NCBI GenBank assembly: GCA_020833255.1
Contig: JAJHQR010000001.1
Location: 7,359-71,358 of the forward strand
DNA from: Desulfurococcaceae archaeon
Lineage (GTDB): Archaea; Thermoproteota; Thermoprotei_A; Sulfolobales; NBVN01
Length of the DNA: 64,000 bases
Direction of reading: 5' to 3'
Below the pieces are notes generated by a model that had not been told where the DNA came from, ran no database searches, and worked only from the letters and a program-made list of their open reading frames with translations. Positions 10,410 through 19,581 of this stretch are shown in pieces (position 1 is the first letter of the stretch; each line of letters starts with the position of its first letter). Position numbers and translations under genes: made by a program.

Positions 10410-10471
10410 GGCCGGAACGCTTTGATGAGGGTTGTGCTGAGTTCAAGACTGCTTGAAAACACGGCCTCAGA
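10410..10471 (+). ncRNA. Possible third small RNA with K-loop (C/D-like)
   Basis: GGCCG/CGGCC closing stem enclosing TGATGA-GGGTTGTG-CTGA and a TTCAAG-ACTG-CTTGAA hairpin. TATA-like TTTTAA/TTTAAA lies 20-27 nt upstream. Guide spacing is non-canonical. Confidence 0.35.
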
Positions 10472-10522
10472 ACTTATAAGCTCCCTCACTCATGGATTTG
10501 TGGGGGAGCGGGTATTGAGGAC

Positions 10523-10572
10523 GTGATGAGAGTTCCCCTTCCTGAGTCAATGATGTGTCCGACATCAACTGA
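10523..10572 (+). ncRNA. Box C/D methylation-guide sRNA
   Basis: GTGATGA (C), GAGTTCCCCTTC, CTGA (D'), GTCA, ATGATGT (C'), GTCCGACATCAA, CTGA (D). Two 12-nt guides. CTTATAAG box upstream. Confidence 0.9.
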
Positions 10573-11727
10573 TTAGTTCTTGTCGATTACGTAGAAGTCT
10601 TTTATAGTGGGTGCTCTGAGGATTGATGTGGCCTCGATTAACCAGGCTACGGGAGTTACCAGGAAGTATCTTAACTTCCCTGATTTGTAGGCTCCGTACA
10701 TATACGCTAGCCAGTGATATAGTGAGTTGATGATTATGAGGTAAATGACTAATGAGTTGTAGTAACCGCTCATCACCACCGTAATGATCACTAACGTGAG
10801 AGCGATCCAGAGGAAGGACTTGATAGTTATTATAGCTTTCATCAGGTTTGGGGCACGTCTCAAGTCTCTTAAGACTCCCTTAAACCACCTAGCCCTCTGT
10901 TTCTGGAGATCACTTAAGCTGTTAGGTGATTTAATGCTTACGGTAGTCTCAGACTGCCACGTCTTATAACCCCTCTTAACTAACTCAACGGCTAAGCTGA
11001 AGTCCTCGGCAATCGACGTTAAGTCGATATCGAGTTCCTTCAGGACATGACCTTTGATACCCAGTAACTCGCCGTGTAGTCCTAGGAGAGGCTTTCCTAA
11101 GAAGCCCGTGAAAAACCTGTATAAGGTTAGGTCGTTAAAATACCTTATCCAGTCGATTACGTAAGCCGTGACCGAGTTCCCTTTCCTAGGCTTTAGCACG
11201 GGGTTGAACGCGACGTAACCGAGTTCCTCGTAGTAAGGTATTTCATAAAGAAAACGATCATCTAAAACTATGTTGTCGTCGTCTAAGAAAACGTACCAGT
11301 TATCAGGTTCCACGAAGTAATCGATGAAATACTTCATAGCACGCGCCTTACCTTTACGAAACCTCGCGTATTCCTCAGGAACTACTACGAGCCTTAGATA
11401 AGGATCCGAGAAACTCATCTCACTCAAGTAATCCACTAGCTCAGCCCCCTCATCCACCACGACCCACACTAGGTAATCTCTAAACCTACTGCGCAGATTC
11501 TCTAAAGACTCTCTTAAAGCGTTCTTAACTTTGTTGTTCGCCACGGTTACTAAGACAAACTCCACCTTATCACTCTTGTAAGACTTCCTCTTAGGTTTGT
11601 AAACCATATACCCTACCGACCCGGCGATCAAGAACACGTACGTGACGGATAGGGTTATGTATATGGGTATCATGATGATTGGCTCGCTAGACAATAAGTT
11701 AGTGCCCTCATCCACCATTAACACCAT
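10573..11727 (-). CDS. Membrane GT2 glycosyltransferase (egghead/cellulose synthase-like superfamily)
   Basis: N-terminal TM, KARA, FLDDD (DxD), LHGE, AED and QRARW (QxxRW) motifs, C-terminal TM helices. Confidence 0.85.
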   Translation of the reverse strand: MVLMVDEGTNLLSSEPIIMIPIYITLSVTYVFLIAGSVGYMVYKPKRKSYKSDKVEFVLVTVANNKVKNALRESLENLRSRFRDYLVWVVVDEGAELVDYLSEMSFSDPYLRLVVVPEEYARFRKGKARAMKYFIDYFVEPDNWYVFLDDDNIVLDDRFLYEIPYYEELGYVAFNPVLKPRKGNSVTAYVIDWIRYFNDLTLYRFFTGFLGKPLLGLHGELLGIKGHVLKELDIDLTSIAEDFSLAVELVKRGYKTWQSETTVSIKSPNSLSDLQKQRARWFKGVLRDLRRAPNLMKAIITIKSFLWIALTLVIITVVMSGYYNSLVIYLIIINSLYHWLAYMYGAYKSGKLRYFLVTPVAWLIEATSILRAPTIKDFYVIDKN

Positions 11728-11791
11728 ATAAATATCTAGAGATTAAAAACTTAATAATCTTCCTAGTGATTTATAAAAGCAGGTGAGTAGA

Positions 11792-11902
11792 GTGGGTGGC
11801 AGGCAGAGAACAACGCTTTTCATGATTAGCGAGTCTAAAGAAACTCATAAAGCTAAGAGTACCGGCACCGAAACCCAGGAGAAAGCTAAGGGTAAGAAGT
11901 GA
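11792..11902 (+). CDS. Candidate small basic protein (36 aa, MGGRQRTTLFMISESKETHKAKSTGTETQEKAKGKK)
   Basis: GTG start preceded by AGGTGAG SD-like sequence and an AT-rich TTTATAAA box. TGA at 11900-11902 followed by T-rich TTTTCTATTTTT. Below the ORF-track cutoff. Confidence 0.45.
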   Translation: MGGRQRTTLFMISESKETHKAKSTGTETQEKAKGKK

Positions 11903-11970
11903 TTTTCTATTTTTGCAGAAGCGTGCAAGACTTATTAATCTACGCGTCATAATGTATTTGGCGTTAAACA

Positions 11971-12603
11971 ATGTCATCGAGTAAGGATAGTCTCGGGTCT
12001 ATCTTAGGGAAGCTGATAATCTACATAATAATCGCCGTGGTGGTCTTAGGAGTTCTTAACTGGTTCTTCAATTACTTCATACCCGACCTAGTAGAGAAGA
12101 ATAAGGCGTTGGAAGGACTGCTAGTATTGAGAGATTACCAACCATACGTGTACGTCTTAGTAGCGCTGGTGATCGGTTGGCTGATTGTCTCCTCAATAGC
12201 TTCGATGTTCTACGCCCTGCTCTCCCCACGCTACGGCCCCTCCGCAGCGGCCGCTGTAAGGAGTCTCGTTAAGATCTTGGGTTTAGGCGCTTTGCTAGCC
12301 GGTATAGCTGGCGGGGTTGCCGGCGGCGCTGCCGGCGTAGCTTTAGGAGGCTTCATAGGGTTGGTCATAGGCTTCGCTACACAGCAGGTTCTCGGTCAAG
12401 CGGTTGCGGGGATGTTCCTGCTTCTCGCAAGACCCTTCAAGATAGGTGATGTGATAGACGCTGCCGGGGAGAGCGAGGTGGTCGTGACCGATATAGGAAC
12501 TCTCTTCACGATAGCTAAGAGAAAAGACGGTAACTTGGTGTTAATACCTAGTTCCGCTCTAGTAGGCCAGAAGATAGTCATAAGGAAACAAACTCAAACA
12601 TAG
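11971..12603 (+). CDS. Small-conductance mechanosensitive channel (MscS family)
   Basis: TM helices, then GFATQQVLGQAVAGMFLLLARPFKIGD and LIPSS MscS motifs. Confidence 0.85.
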   Translation: MSSSKDSLGSILGKLIIYIIIAVVVLGVLNWFFNYFIPDLVEKNKALEGLLVLRDYQPYVYVLVALVIGWLIVSSIASMFYALLSPRYGPSAAAAVRSLVKILGLGALLAGIAGGVAGGAAGVALGGFIGLVIGFATQQVLGQAVAGMFLLLARPFKIGDVIDAAGESEVVVTDIGTLFTIAKRKDGNLVLIPSSALVGQKIVIRKQTQT

Positions 12604-12647
12604 ACCAACTTTTTTAACCTTACCCCCATAAAATATTAGGGGTTTGT

Positions 12648-13142
12648 ATGAAGATATGGATACTAAGAGATTATTCTAGGTGTGTAGGGTGTAGGCTATG
12701 CGAGATCGAGTGCTCGCTGAGGCATGAGGGTCTCGTCTGGCCCGCGGCTTCAAGGATAAGGATTTACGAGTCCGTGTTCGGGTTCCCGATACCCTACACA
12801 TGTGTTCAGTGCGATGATTACCCTTGCGTGGCCTCATGCCCTACTAAAGCCTTAAGCGTTGCTGAGTCCGGCGCGGTATTAGTGGATGAGTCTTCATGCA
12901 TACTGTGCGGTTCCTGCATAAACGCTTGCCCGGGAAGAATACCTAGGATAGTGGAGGGTAAGAGAGCCGTCATAATATGTGATTTATGTGGCGGGAATCC
13001 GGTGTGCGTTGAAGCGTGTGAGTCAGCAGGGTTTAACGCGTTGAGACTAGTCCGTAAGCCTGGCGGGGAGGTCGTTAAAGCATACTTAAGAAACCCAGTC
13101 AAGGCTTCGGAGGATTTAGCTAGGAAACTATGCGTGTTTTAG
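12648..13142 (+). CDS. Poly[4Fe-4S] ferredoxin-like subunit (WOR5 small-subunit-like)
   Basis: Four Cys clusters (CVGCRLCEIEC, CVQCDDYPC..CP, CILCGSCINACP, CDLCGGNPVC). Directly upstream of an AOR-family gene. Confidence 0.9.
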   Translation: MKIWILRDYSRCVGCRLCEIECSLRHEGLVWPAASRIRIYESVFGFPIPYTCVQCDDYPCVASCPTKALSVAESGAVLVDESSCILCGSCINACPGRIPRIVEGKRAVIICDLCGGNPVCVEACESAGFNALRLVRKPGGEVVKAYLRNPVKASEDLARKLCVF

Positions 13143-13155
13143 GGGGTGTCGCTAG

Positions 13156-15021
13156 ATGTTCGGTTTCTGGGGGAAGCTCCTCGACATAGACTTGAGTAGG
13201 GGTGTTACGAGAGTGGTTGACGTGCCTGAGGAGGTCTTCAAGAAATTCATAGGGGGTAGGGGCCTCGCTACCTGGGTATTGTGGAGGGAGTTGGGGTCTA
13301 GGTGGGAACTCATCGACCCGTTAAGTCCTGAAAACCTACTCCTGATCCTCACAGGCCCTCTCACAGGCTACTACCCGGGAATAAAGATAGTTGTTTCCGG
13401 TAAGTCACCTCAAAGCAACGGTGTAGTCGGGTCTACACTATCTAGCGAGCTAGGTGTTGAGCTTAAGTCCGCAGGATATGACGGGTTAATATTGAGGGGT
13501 GTCTCCAGGAGCCCCGTATATATCTACGTGGACGACGCAGGGGTTCAGATACGTGACGCCACCCCTCTATGGGGTTTAGGAGGTCTTAAACTCGTTAAAG
13601 AGTTAAACAGGTTGCTTTACGAGGACGTCAGGGTTGAGCGCGGCCTTGACACCCTACCTAGCTATATCTACATAGGACCTGCTGGCGAGAACCTCGTCAG
13701 AACCTCAGTAGTTATGAGTAAGCTCGCGCACGCCGCCGGGTACGGGGGTTACGGCGCGGTGATGGGGTCGAAGAAGGTTAAGGCTATAGTAGCTAAGGGG
13801 TACGGGCCCTTACCTAAGGTAAGTGACGAGAGCGGGTTCATTAAGTTGAGGAAGGAGGTGCTGAGCGAGCTTAGTAATAGGATGAGGGTATTCAGGTATT
13901 GGGGCACGACTGAGGGGCTTTGGTACACGGGCTACGTCACTAGCTCGGAGCCTGTGAGGAACTGGACGGAGGAGTGGCATGACGTGAGGACATTTACGCA
14001 TGAGGAGGTTGAGAGGAGGTGTTGGATCAGGAATTTATGGAGTGACTGGGGATGCCCCACCTCATGCATGAAGGTGAGCAGGGTTTTCGACGGCGCGAGG
14101 TCTTACGTGACTGACGGGCCTGACTACGAGATGGGGGCTTATTTAGGGAGTAACTTAGGGGTGTTTGACGCGGTATCCATGGTTAAGCTATCGGCGTTAG
14201 CTGACGAGCTAGGTCTTTGCGGTATTCAGACAGGTAATGTGTTAGGGTTTGCTATAGAGCTTTTCGAGAGGGGTTATTTGACTGAGGCCGATGTAGGCTG
14301 TGATCTTAGGTGGGGGAACGCGGACTGCATCATGAAGGTACTCCACGACATAGCTTACAGACAAGGTATTGGGGCCGTGCTAGCTGAGGGGACCTACAGA
14401 GCGGCCTTAAAGCTTGGTGAGAGAGCCGGGACCGACCTACTGAAGTACGCTGTTCAAGTTAAGGGTGTGGCGGTAGGGGCTCACGGCATAAGAAGCGGTT
14501 TAGACTACCCTCAGAAAATCGCTTACGCCGGGTCCGTTCAAGGAGGGGATCACACGTCGACTGCCGGCAGACCGCTTAAGTCAACAGAGTCTGAGGCATT
14601 CGCCGCCTTCCTAGACAGCGCCGTAATCTGCCTCTTCAACACCGTAGACACTAAGAAGCTAGTGGATTACCTCAACGTAGTGACTGGGTGGGGGTTTAGC
14701 GAGGAAGACGTGTATATGGGTGGTGCGAGGATACTGACGGTTCAACGAGTACTCCTACTACTAGGAGGACCCGACGTCTTCTGGGATCCTAGAGAACACG
14801 ATGAGAATCCTGAAAGGTTTTACGAACCCCTCACTTCAGGACCTAAGAAGGGTGAGGCACCTAAGAGAGAAGAGGTGAGGAAAGATTTAATCAGTTACTA
14901 CGAGGAGCTGGGGTGGGATGAACTGGGGATACCCAGGGAGGAAACTTTATCGAGGCTAGGAATAGAAGAGTTGGCTAGAGAAGTTGAAAGAATTAAGCGC
15001 AGGGTCACCCCTAATGCATAA
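13156..15021 (+). CDS. Tungsten-containing aldehyde:ferredoxin oxidoreductase family protein (WOR5-like)
   Basis: GGRGL, DPLSPEN, TGPLTG, KSP, LKSAGYDG, GAVMGSK, GPDYE, DELGL motifs. HAAGYGGYG and the DWGCPTSC cluster resemble Pyrococcus WOR5 from memory. Confidence 0.88.
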   Translation: MFGFWGKLLDIDLSRGVTRVVDVPEEVFKKFIGGRGLATWVLWRELGSRWELIDPLSPENLLLILTGPLTGYYPGIKIVVSGKSPQSNGVVGSTLSSELGVELKSAGYDGLILRGVSRSPVYIYVDDAGVQIRDATPLWGLGGLKLVKELNRLLYEDVRVERGLDTLPSYIYIGPAGENLVRTSVVMSKLAHAAGYGGYGAVMGSKKVKAIVAKGYGPLPKVSDESGFIKLRKEVLSELSNRMRVFRYWGTTEGLWYTGYVTSSEPVRNWTEEWHDVRTFTHEEVERRCWIRNLWSDWGCPTSCMKVSRVFDGARSYVTDGPDYEMGAYLGSNLGVFDAVSMVKLSALADELGLCGIQTGNVLGFAIELFERGYLTEADVGCDLRWGNADCIMKVLHDIAYRQGIGAVLAEGTYRAALKLGERAGTDLLKYAVQVKGVAVGAHGIRSGLDYPQKIAYAGSVQGGDHTSTAGRPLKSTESEAFAAFLDSAVICLFNTVDTKKLVDYLNVVTGWGFSEEDVYMGGARILTVQRVLLLLGGPDVFWDPREHDENPERFYEPLTSGPKKGEAPKREEVRKDLISYYEELGWDELGIPREETLSRLGIEELAREVERIKRRVTPNA

Positions 15022-15244
15022 GGTATGTGTTAAAGCGATCGGGATTCTCGACGAGGCCGTGTGCTTGGAGGTGGAGGAGTGCGTTAGCGTGGGAGACTTA
15101 ATAACCAGGGTTTTCGACCTGAAGGGGGTTAAAGTGAATCTAGAAGCTATATCCGTGAGTGACGGGTCTAGAACACTGAAGCTCTCTGAAAACGTGTGCT
15201 CCTATAACGAGCTCCTGGTCTTCAGGCTCTTCCGCGGCGGCTAA
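15014..15244 (+). CDS. Ubiquitin-like MoaD/ThiS/SAMP-type small protein
   Basis: 76 aa, beta-grasp size, ends in RGG. ATG at 15014 overlaps the end of the AOR gene. Confidence 0.7.
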   Translation: MHKVCVKAIGILDEAVCLEVEECVSVGDLITRVFDLKGVKVNLEAISVSDGSRTLKLSENVCSYNELLVFRLFRGG

Positions 15245-15328
15245 GATTTTTCGGGGAGGTGGCGCGACCCGCTGAACGTTTCGTAAAGCTTATTTTATTA
15301 ACGCTCAGTATATCCGGTAGGGACTTTT

Positions 15329-16852
15329 ATGTACGTGAGCGTGACTCCTGAAATAGCTGTTGAGGGGCTAACGAAGTTTGCTGGCGGTTTAGGGGTTCTT
15401 GAGGGTGATAAGCTTATTGAGGCTAGGTCTATGGGCATAGACTACGCCGTGATCACGTTATATCACCCCGGTGGTTATGCTTCGTATGAGGTGAGTGACG
15501 GGGATCTCGCCGAGGTTGGTGATGACTGGGTTTTATCTGGCGAGAGTAGGTTAGGTTCCTTCACTATAGAGGTGAGGAAGGAGCCCGTATCCTTAGAGTC
15601 CGTGATGTTCGAGGTATCCGGGTCTAAACTAGTCTTGCTAAGGGTTCTGGAGCCTCACTGGGCTGTGGAGCTTACTAAGAAGCTGTACGTGGATAAGAAC
15701 GCTGAGGAAATGTTCCTGAAATACCTCATCTTGAGTAAGGGTGCGGCGAAACTAATCGAGTCTGGACTGTTGGGGCGTGTTGAGGAGATACACCTTCAGG
15801 AGAGTTTCGCCGGTATGGCGGCCTTCGCTCTCAAAGACATATCTAAGGTCAAGTTCGTGACACACTCACCCGGACCCTGGGCACACCCAGTAGTTCATAA
15901 GGAGTGGCTGATTTCAGAGTTCGGCTTGGAGAGACTTAAGGATTGCGTCGGGGACAACTACGTAAACCTAACTGAGTGTATAATCAAGTTAGTGCCTAAG
16001 AGCTATGTTGTGTCGAAGAAGCAGTTGAGGATAATGAGGAACGTATTACCTAGCGTTGCTGAGAGGCTCGTCGACGCAACTAACGGCGTTAGTTTGAGTA
16101 GGTGGTGTGATAAGGAAATACTCAACTACGTTTTGAGGGATAGCGAGGATCTCGAAGAATACGCGAAGATTAGGGGGAGGCTTAGGGAAGAGTTAATCAC
16201 GTATCTTAAGAAGTTAGGCGTTAAGAAATTGCCCGAGCCCGGAACCCCCGTAATCACTTGGGTTAGGAGAGTGGTTAAGTATAAGAGACCCTACTTCATA
16301 ACGAGGTTTATAAAAGATAACAAAGACTTGAAGGCATTCTACGTCTTAGGAGGCAAGCCCCACCCCCAAGACATTTACGGGAAGATGTACGCGAGGGAAT
16401 TCCTCAGATTATCTAGGGAGTACGAGAACGTGGTGTACGTGAATAACTACGGCTTAGAAGACGCTAAGTACTTGCTGAGAGGCTCTGACTTACTGCTATT
16501 CACGCCCTTCCCGGGTTGGGAAGCGTCAGGCACTAGCTTCATGAAGGCAGGGATTAACGGAACTCCCACGCTAGCGTCTAGGGACGGCGCGGTTCTAGAG
16601 ATGATTAAGGACGGATATAACGGCTGGCTTTTCGGGAAAGACATTTCCGAGTTCATAGATATTTACACTAACCCCAAAGCCGACGAGGTGGATGAGGAAG
16701 AATACGAGGAATTCAGCAAGAAATTAAGTGAGGTGGTTAGCATGTACCTCAGCGAGCCCGAGAAATACTTGAGGATTTCCGTGAACGCCGCTAAGACGTT
16801 CGTTAGATTAGCTGATATCAGAAACACTTTATTCAGGCTAATCTCAGGTTAA
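15329..16852 (+). CDS. glgP: Alpha-glucan (glycogen/maltodextrin) phosphorylase, short archaeal type (GT35)
   Basis: AGGLG, TH, TNGV, RRVVKYKR, GKPHP and EASGTSFMKAGING PLP-lysine signature. Confidence 0.88.
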   Translation: MYVSVTPEIAVEGLTKFAGGLGVLEGDKLIEARSMGIDYAVITLYHPGGYASYEVSDGDLAEVGDDWVLSGESRLGSFTIEVRKEPVSLESVMFEVSGSKLVLLRVLEPHWAVELTKKLYVDKNAEEMFLKYLILSKGAAKLIESGLLGRVEEIHLQESFAGMAAFALKDISKVKFVTHSPGPWAHPVVHKEWLISEFGLERLKDCVGDNYVNLTECIIKLVPKSYVVSKKQLRIMRNVLPSVAERLVDATNGVSLSRWCDKEILNYVLRDSEDLEEYAKIRGRLREELITYLKKLGVKKLPEPGTPVITWVRRVVKYKRPYFITRFIKDNKDLKAFYVLGGKPHPQDIYGKMYAREFLRLSREYENVVYVNNYGLEDAKYLLRGSDLLLFTPFPGWEASGTSFMKAGINGTPTLASRDGAVLEMIKDGYNGWLFGKDISEFIDIYTNPKADEVDEEEYEEFSKKLSEVVSMYLSEPEKYLRISVNAAKTFVRLADIRNTLFRLISG

Positions 16853-17599
16853 GTCGCCGCACGCGCAGAATACCTCGTGAATAACTGTGTAGAGGGATTG
16901 GAAACCTTCCATCGTTACTGCCGACACAGCTATCATGCGTGTCGGTATCGCGTACATCTCCAGAATCTTAGCAAGCTCGCTCGTTAACTCGCTGAGCAGC
17001 CCGCCCTGGCCGGTCCTCCCCACCAAGCTACTCACCTCGTCCAGGAACGTCTTCTTTAATTGACGTTTAAGAAGGTCTGACTTACTGAGGACAGGGATTA
17101 CCGGAACGTCAAGCCTTAAACGCGCTACTAAGCTCATCAAGTAAGCCACTACGGTTTCGCTTACCGACTTGCTTACCGTCACGTCGTTTAAGTAGATGAC
17201 TAAAGGCAACGCCACCCTCTTAAGCACCTTAATCACTTTAGGTCCTGAATCACGTAGCAAGAATAACTCGCTCAATCCAGGAGTGTCTACGAGGACGTAA
17301 TCAGCTCTCAGCTTCCTCAACCTATTGAGTAGGTCCCTGCTCTTCCCCGCTAACATATCGACGGCTTTAATCATCGCCCCGTTAGGGCCTAACCCTTCCT
17401 CACTCATCAACTTCCTGAAATCTATTAATTCACGCACGTCAAGGTCCGGAACGTAGGGGAGCCTCTCCACCGCCGGGTCCAGATTTACTGTTTTGACGTC
17501 TGCGTTAAGCTCTCTCACCAACCAATCACTGAAAGCTGCTGTGAGGGAGGTCTTGCCTGAGGCGCCGGGACCCACGAACACCACTATCCTCGTGTTCAC
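16844..17599 (-). CDS. GPN-loop GTPase
   Basis: GPGASGKT P-loop, NLDPA, GLGPNG, DTPG, SKSD, SA motifs. Confidence 0.9.
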   Translation of the reverse strand: MNTRIVVFVGPGASGKTSLTAAFSDWLVRELNADVKTVNLDPAVERLPYVPDLDVRELIDFRKLMSEEGLGPNGAMIKAVDMLAGKSRDLLNRLRKLRADYVLVDTPGLSELFLLRDSGPKVIKVLKRVALPLVIYLNDVTVSKSVSETVVAYLMSLVARLRLDVPVIPVLSKSDLLKRQLKKTFLDEVSSLVGRTGQGGLLSELTSELAKILEMYAIPTRMIAVSAVTMEGFQSLYTVIHEVFCACGDLT

Positions 17600-17676
17600 G
17601 CCACCATCCTCATAATAGAAACTTAACTTACCGGGAAGTTAAGCTTATCTTCTCCGGTAAGGATTTTGTTAGGGGG

Positions 17677-17982
17677 TTGGAGTTGGGGAGTGTGGTTGGG
17701 GTGAGTATTAAGGAGGTTAAGAAGTCTGAGGGCTTGTATGAGGTAACGCTTTCTGTCAGGTATGCTGGGAGGAGCTATGATTTATGTCTCCACAGAATTA
17801 CTCAAAATGTTGCTAGGGTGGAGGCGGACTTGAGGGGGGAGTACCTCTACGTAAAGCTTGTTAACGAGAGGGATGAGGGTTTTGCTACGTGCTGTATACA
17901 CGTGAAGCACTTAGAGAGCGGTTGTATGGAGTGTCCCTCACTACTCTTACCTCCTTCTAAGACAGGCTGCGAGAGTTCTTGA
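17677..17982 (+). CDS. Hypothetical protein with Cys/His-rich C-terminus
   Basis: 101-aa ORF divergent from the GPN GTPase, ending CCIHVKHLESGCMECP...C. Confidence 0.65.
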   Translation: MELGSVVGVSIKEVKKSEGLYEVTLSVRYAGRSYDLCLHRITQNVARVEADLRGEYLYVKLVNERDEGFATCCIHVKHLESGCMECPSLLLPPSKTGCESS

Positions 17983-18041
17983 ACAACACTTAAGACCTTA
18001 CCACACACCATTTAAAGTTGTTTAACCTATTTTTGTCGGGG

Positions 18042-18953
18042 ATGGTGTTGCTACCGCACGACTTAGTTAGCGAGCTCGTGATTCCTGAGCTGAGGGGTTT
18101 GCTAGCTCATAAATTAAGTGAGAAGGGCTTCGGCCAATTACGCATATCTAAGCTACTAGGCATTTCTCAACCGATGATAAGTAAGTACATGAGCGTGAGC
18201 CACACGGAATACCTGAAGAGGCTTGAGGAACTAGGCTTAGACGCGGACGAGGTTTCAAGGGTTGTTGAGATTTTAGTGGAGAAGCTGGCTAACAATAACC
18301 AACGCGAGTATCTAGAGTTGTTGAGTAGCTTCCTAAACTCTATCTTGAGGAGGGGCTTGCTCTGCGAGACTCATAAGAGGGTATCGCCCACGGTCCCGGC
18401 GAACTGCGACGTTTGCTTCAAGCTGTTCGAGGAGGTTAGGGATCCTTACGTGGAGGAGGTTAGGGCGGCCTACGAGATCCTGTGCCTCCACCCCAAAGCC
18501 TCTGAGATAATCCCTGAGGTAGGCATGAACATAGTCTCAGCACCTCCTAACGCGAAAAGCTTTCGAGACGTAGCCGGCTTCTCCGGGAGGATAGTCAAGT
18601 CGGATAATAGGGTGGTCGCGGCCGGGGAGCCTGTTAAAGGCGGTAGTAAGCATACGGCCAACGTACTACTTAAGGTGATGAGCAGGTTCCCGAAGGTTAG
18701 GTCAGCTATAGCGATCAAGTACGACGAGAGATGCATTAATAAGTTGAGTTCCGCTAATCTAAAAGTAGTGAGGACAGGCCCTCATAAATCAATTGATGAA
18801 TTCTTCAAATCCTTAGAGAAGGTCGTTTCAGAGTTGGGTGAAGAACCTGACGTGATAGCTGACGCCGGCGGGCTAGGCATAGAACCAGTACTCTACGTTT
18901 TTTCGACGAGCGCTATTAAAGCTCTTGAAAAAGCTCTTATTTGCGTTGAGTGA
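18042..18953 (+). CDS. thiR: ThiR-type transcriptional regulator (HTH plus ThiN thiamine-phosphate-synthase-like domain)
   Basis: N-terminal HTH (QLRISKLLGISQPMISKY), C..H...C..C linker, ThiN domain IPEVGMN, GRI, GGSKHTA, DAGGLGIEP. Adjacent to a thiamine-type ECF transporter. Confidence 0.82.
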   Translation: MVLLPHDLVSELVIPELRGLLAHKLSEKGFGQLRISKLLGISQPMISKYMSVSHTEYLKRLEELGLDADEVSRVVEILVEKLANNNQREYLELLSSFLNSILRRGLLCETHKRVSPTVPANCDVCFKLFEEVRDPYVEEVRAAYEILCLHPKASEIIPEVGMNIVSAPPNAKSFRDVAGFSGRIVKSDNRVVAAGEPVKGGSKHTANVLLKVMSRFPKVRSAIAIKYDERCINKLSSANLKVVRTGPHKSIDEFFKSLEKVVSELGEEPDVIADAGGLGIEPVLYVFSTSAIKALEKALICVE

Positions 18954-18975
18954 TTCCAAACCCTGCATTCAAAAA

Positions 18976-19500
18976 CTATTTTCTCAGGCTTAGGGCCGCG
19001 GCCGAGACCACTGCACCGTAGATAGCTCCGCTAACGCACGCGGCTATAACCCATAAACTCATTTCCAGAGGTGTCCCTACCACGCCGAAGAGTTGCGCGT
19101 CCAAGCCTACCGCAGGGAGACCGGCTAACGCCCCGGCAAGAGCTCCTGAGATTATGTCCCAGCGCCTATACCTGAACGTGAGGTACCCTAACTCTGAAGC
19201 AAGTCCTTGAGCGAACCCGTAAATCACGTTCGTGATACCGCCTGCAGGAGCTATTAAGGTCTCGACTAGAGCGCCCAGGAACTCCCCTAAGAAAGCTGAT
19301 AGAGGTTTCTTCAGGAGTGAGGCTGCTAAAGGAGCTCCCATAAACCACAAACCATAGCTAATTATCCTAGCTCCCACAGGTCCTGCGAGGACTTCCGACA
19401 CGTTATATATAGTCCAAGCAGCAGTGAATATGACGCCGCTTATGACCCCTGCAACCGCTAGTAAAGCTAAGTCTATACTCGTAAACCTAGAGGCCCTCAC
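18976..19500 (-). CDS. ykoE: ECF transporter S component, YkoE family (thiamine/HMP precursor)
   Basis: Six TM helices, GLWFMGAPLAASLLKKPLSAFLGE and QGLASELGY motifs. Confidence 0.8.
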   Translation of the reverse strand: MRASRFTSIDLALLAVAGVISGVIFTAAWTIYNVSEVLAGPVGARIISYGLWFMGAPLAASLLKKPLSAFLGEFLGALVETLIAPAGGITNVIYGFAQGLASELGYLTFRYRRWDIISGALAGALAGLPAVGLDAQLFGVVGTPLEMSLWVIAACVSGAIYGAVVSAAALSLRK

Positions 19501-19581
19501 ATGACCTCACCGCTATACTATTATAATCAGAGAATAAAAATATTTATAGCTTTGTAATATCAGGGCAACACCCCTCCGACG

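Noticed and set aside
10461..10471. 11-mer ACGGCCTCAGA shared with 48901-48911, and CCTTTACGGTAGG shared by 35638-35650 and 48766-48778
   Set aside because: Short matches without flanking similarity; cannot be distinguished from chance by eye.
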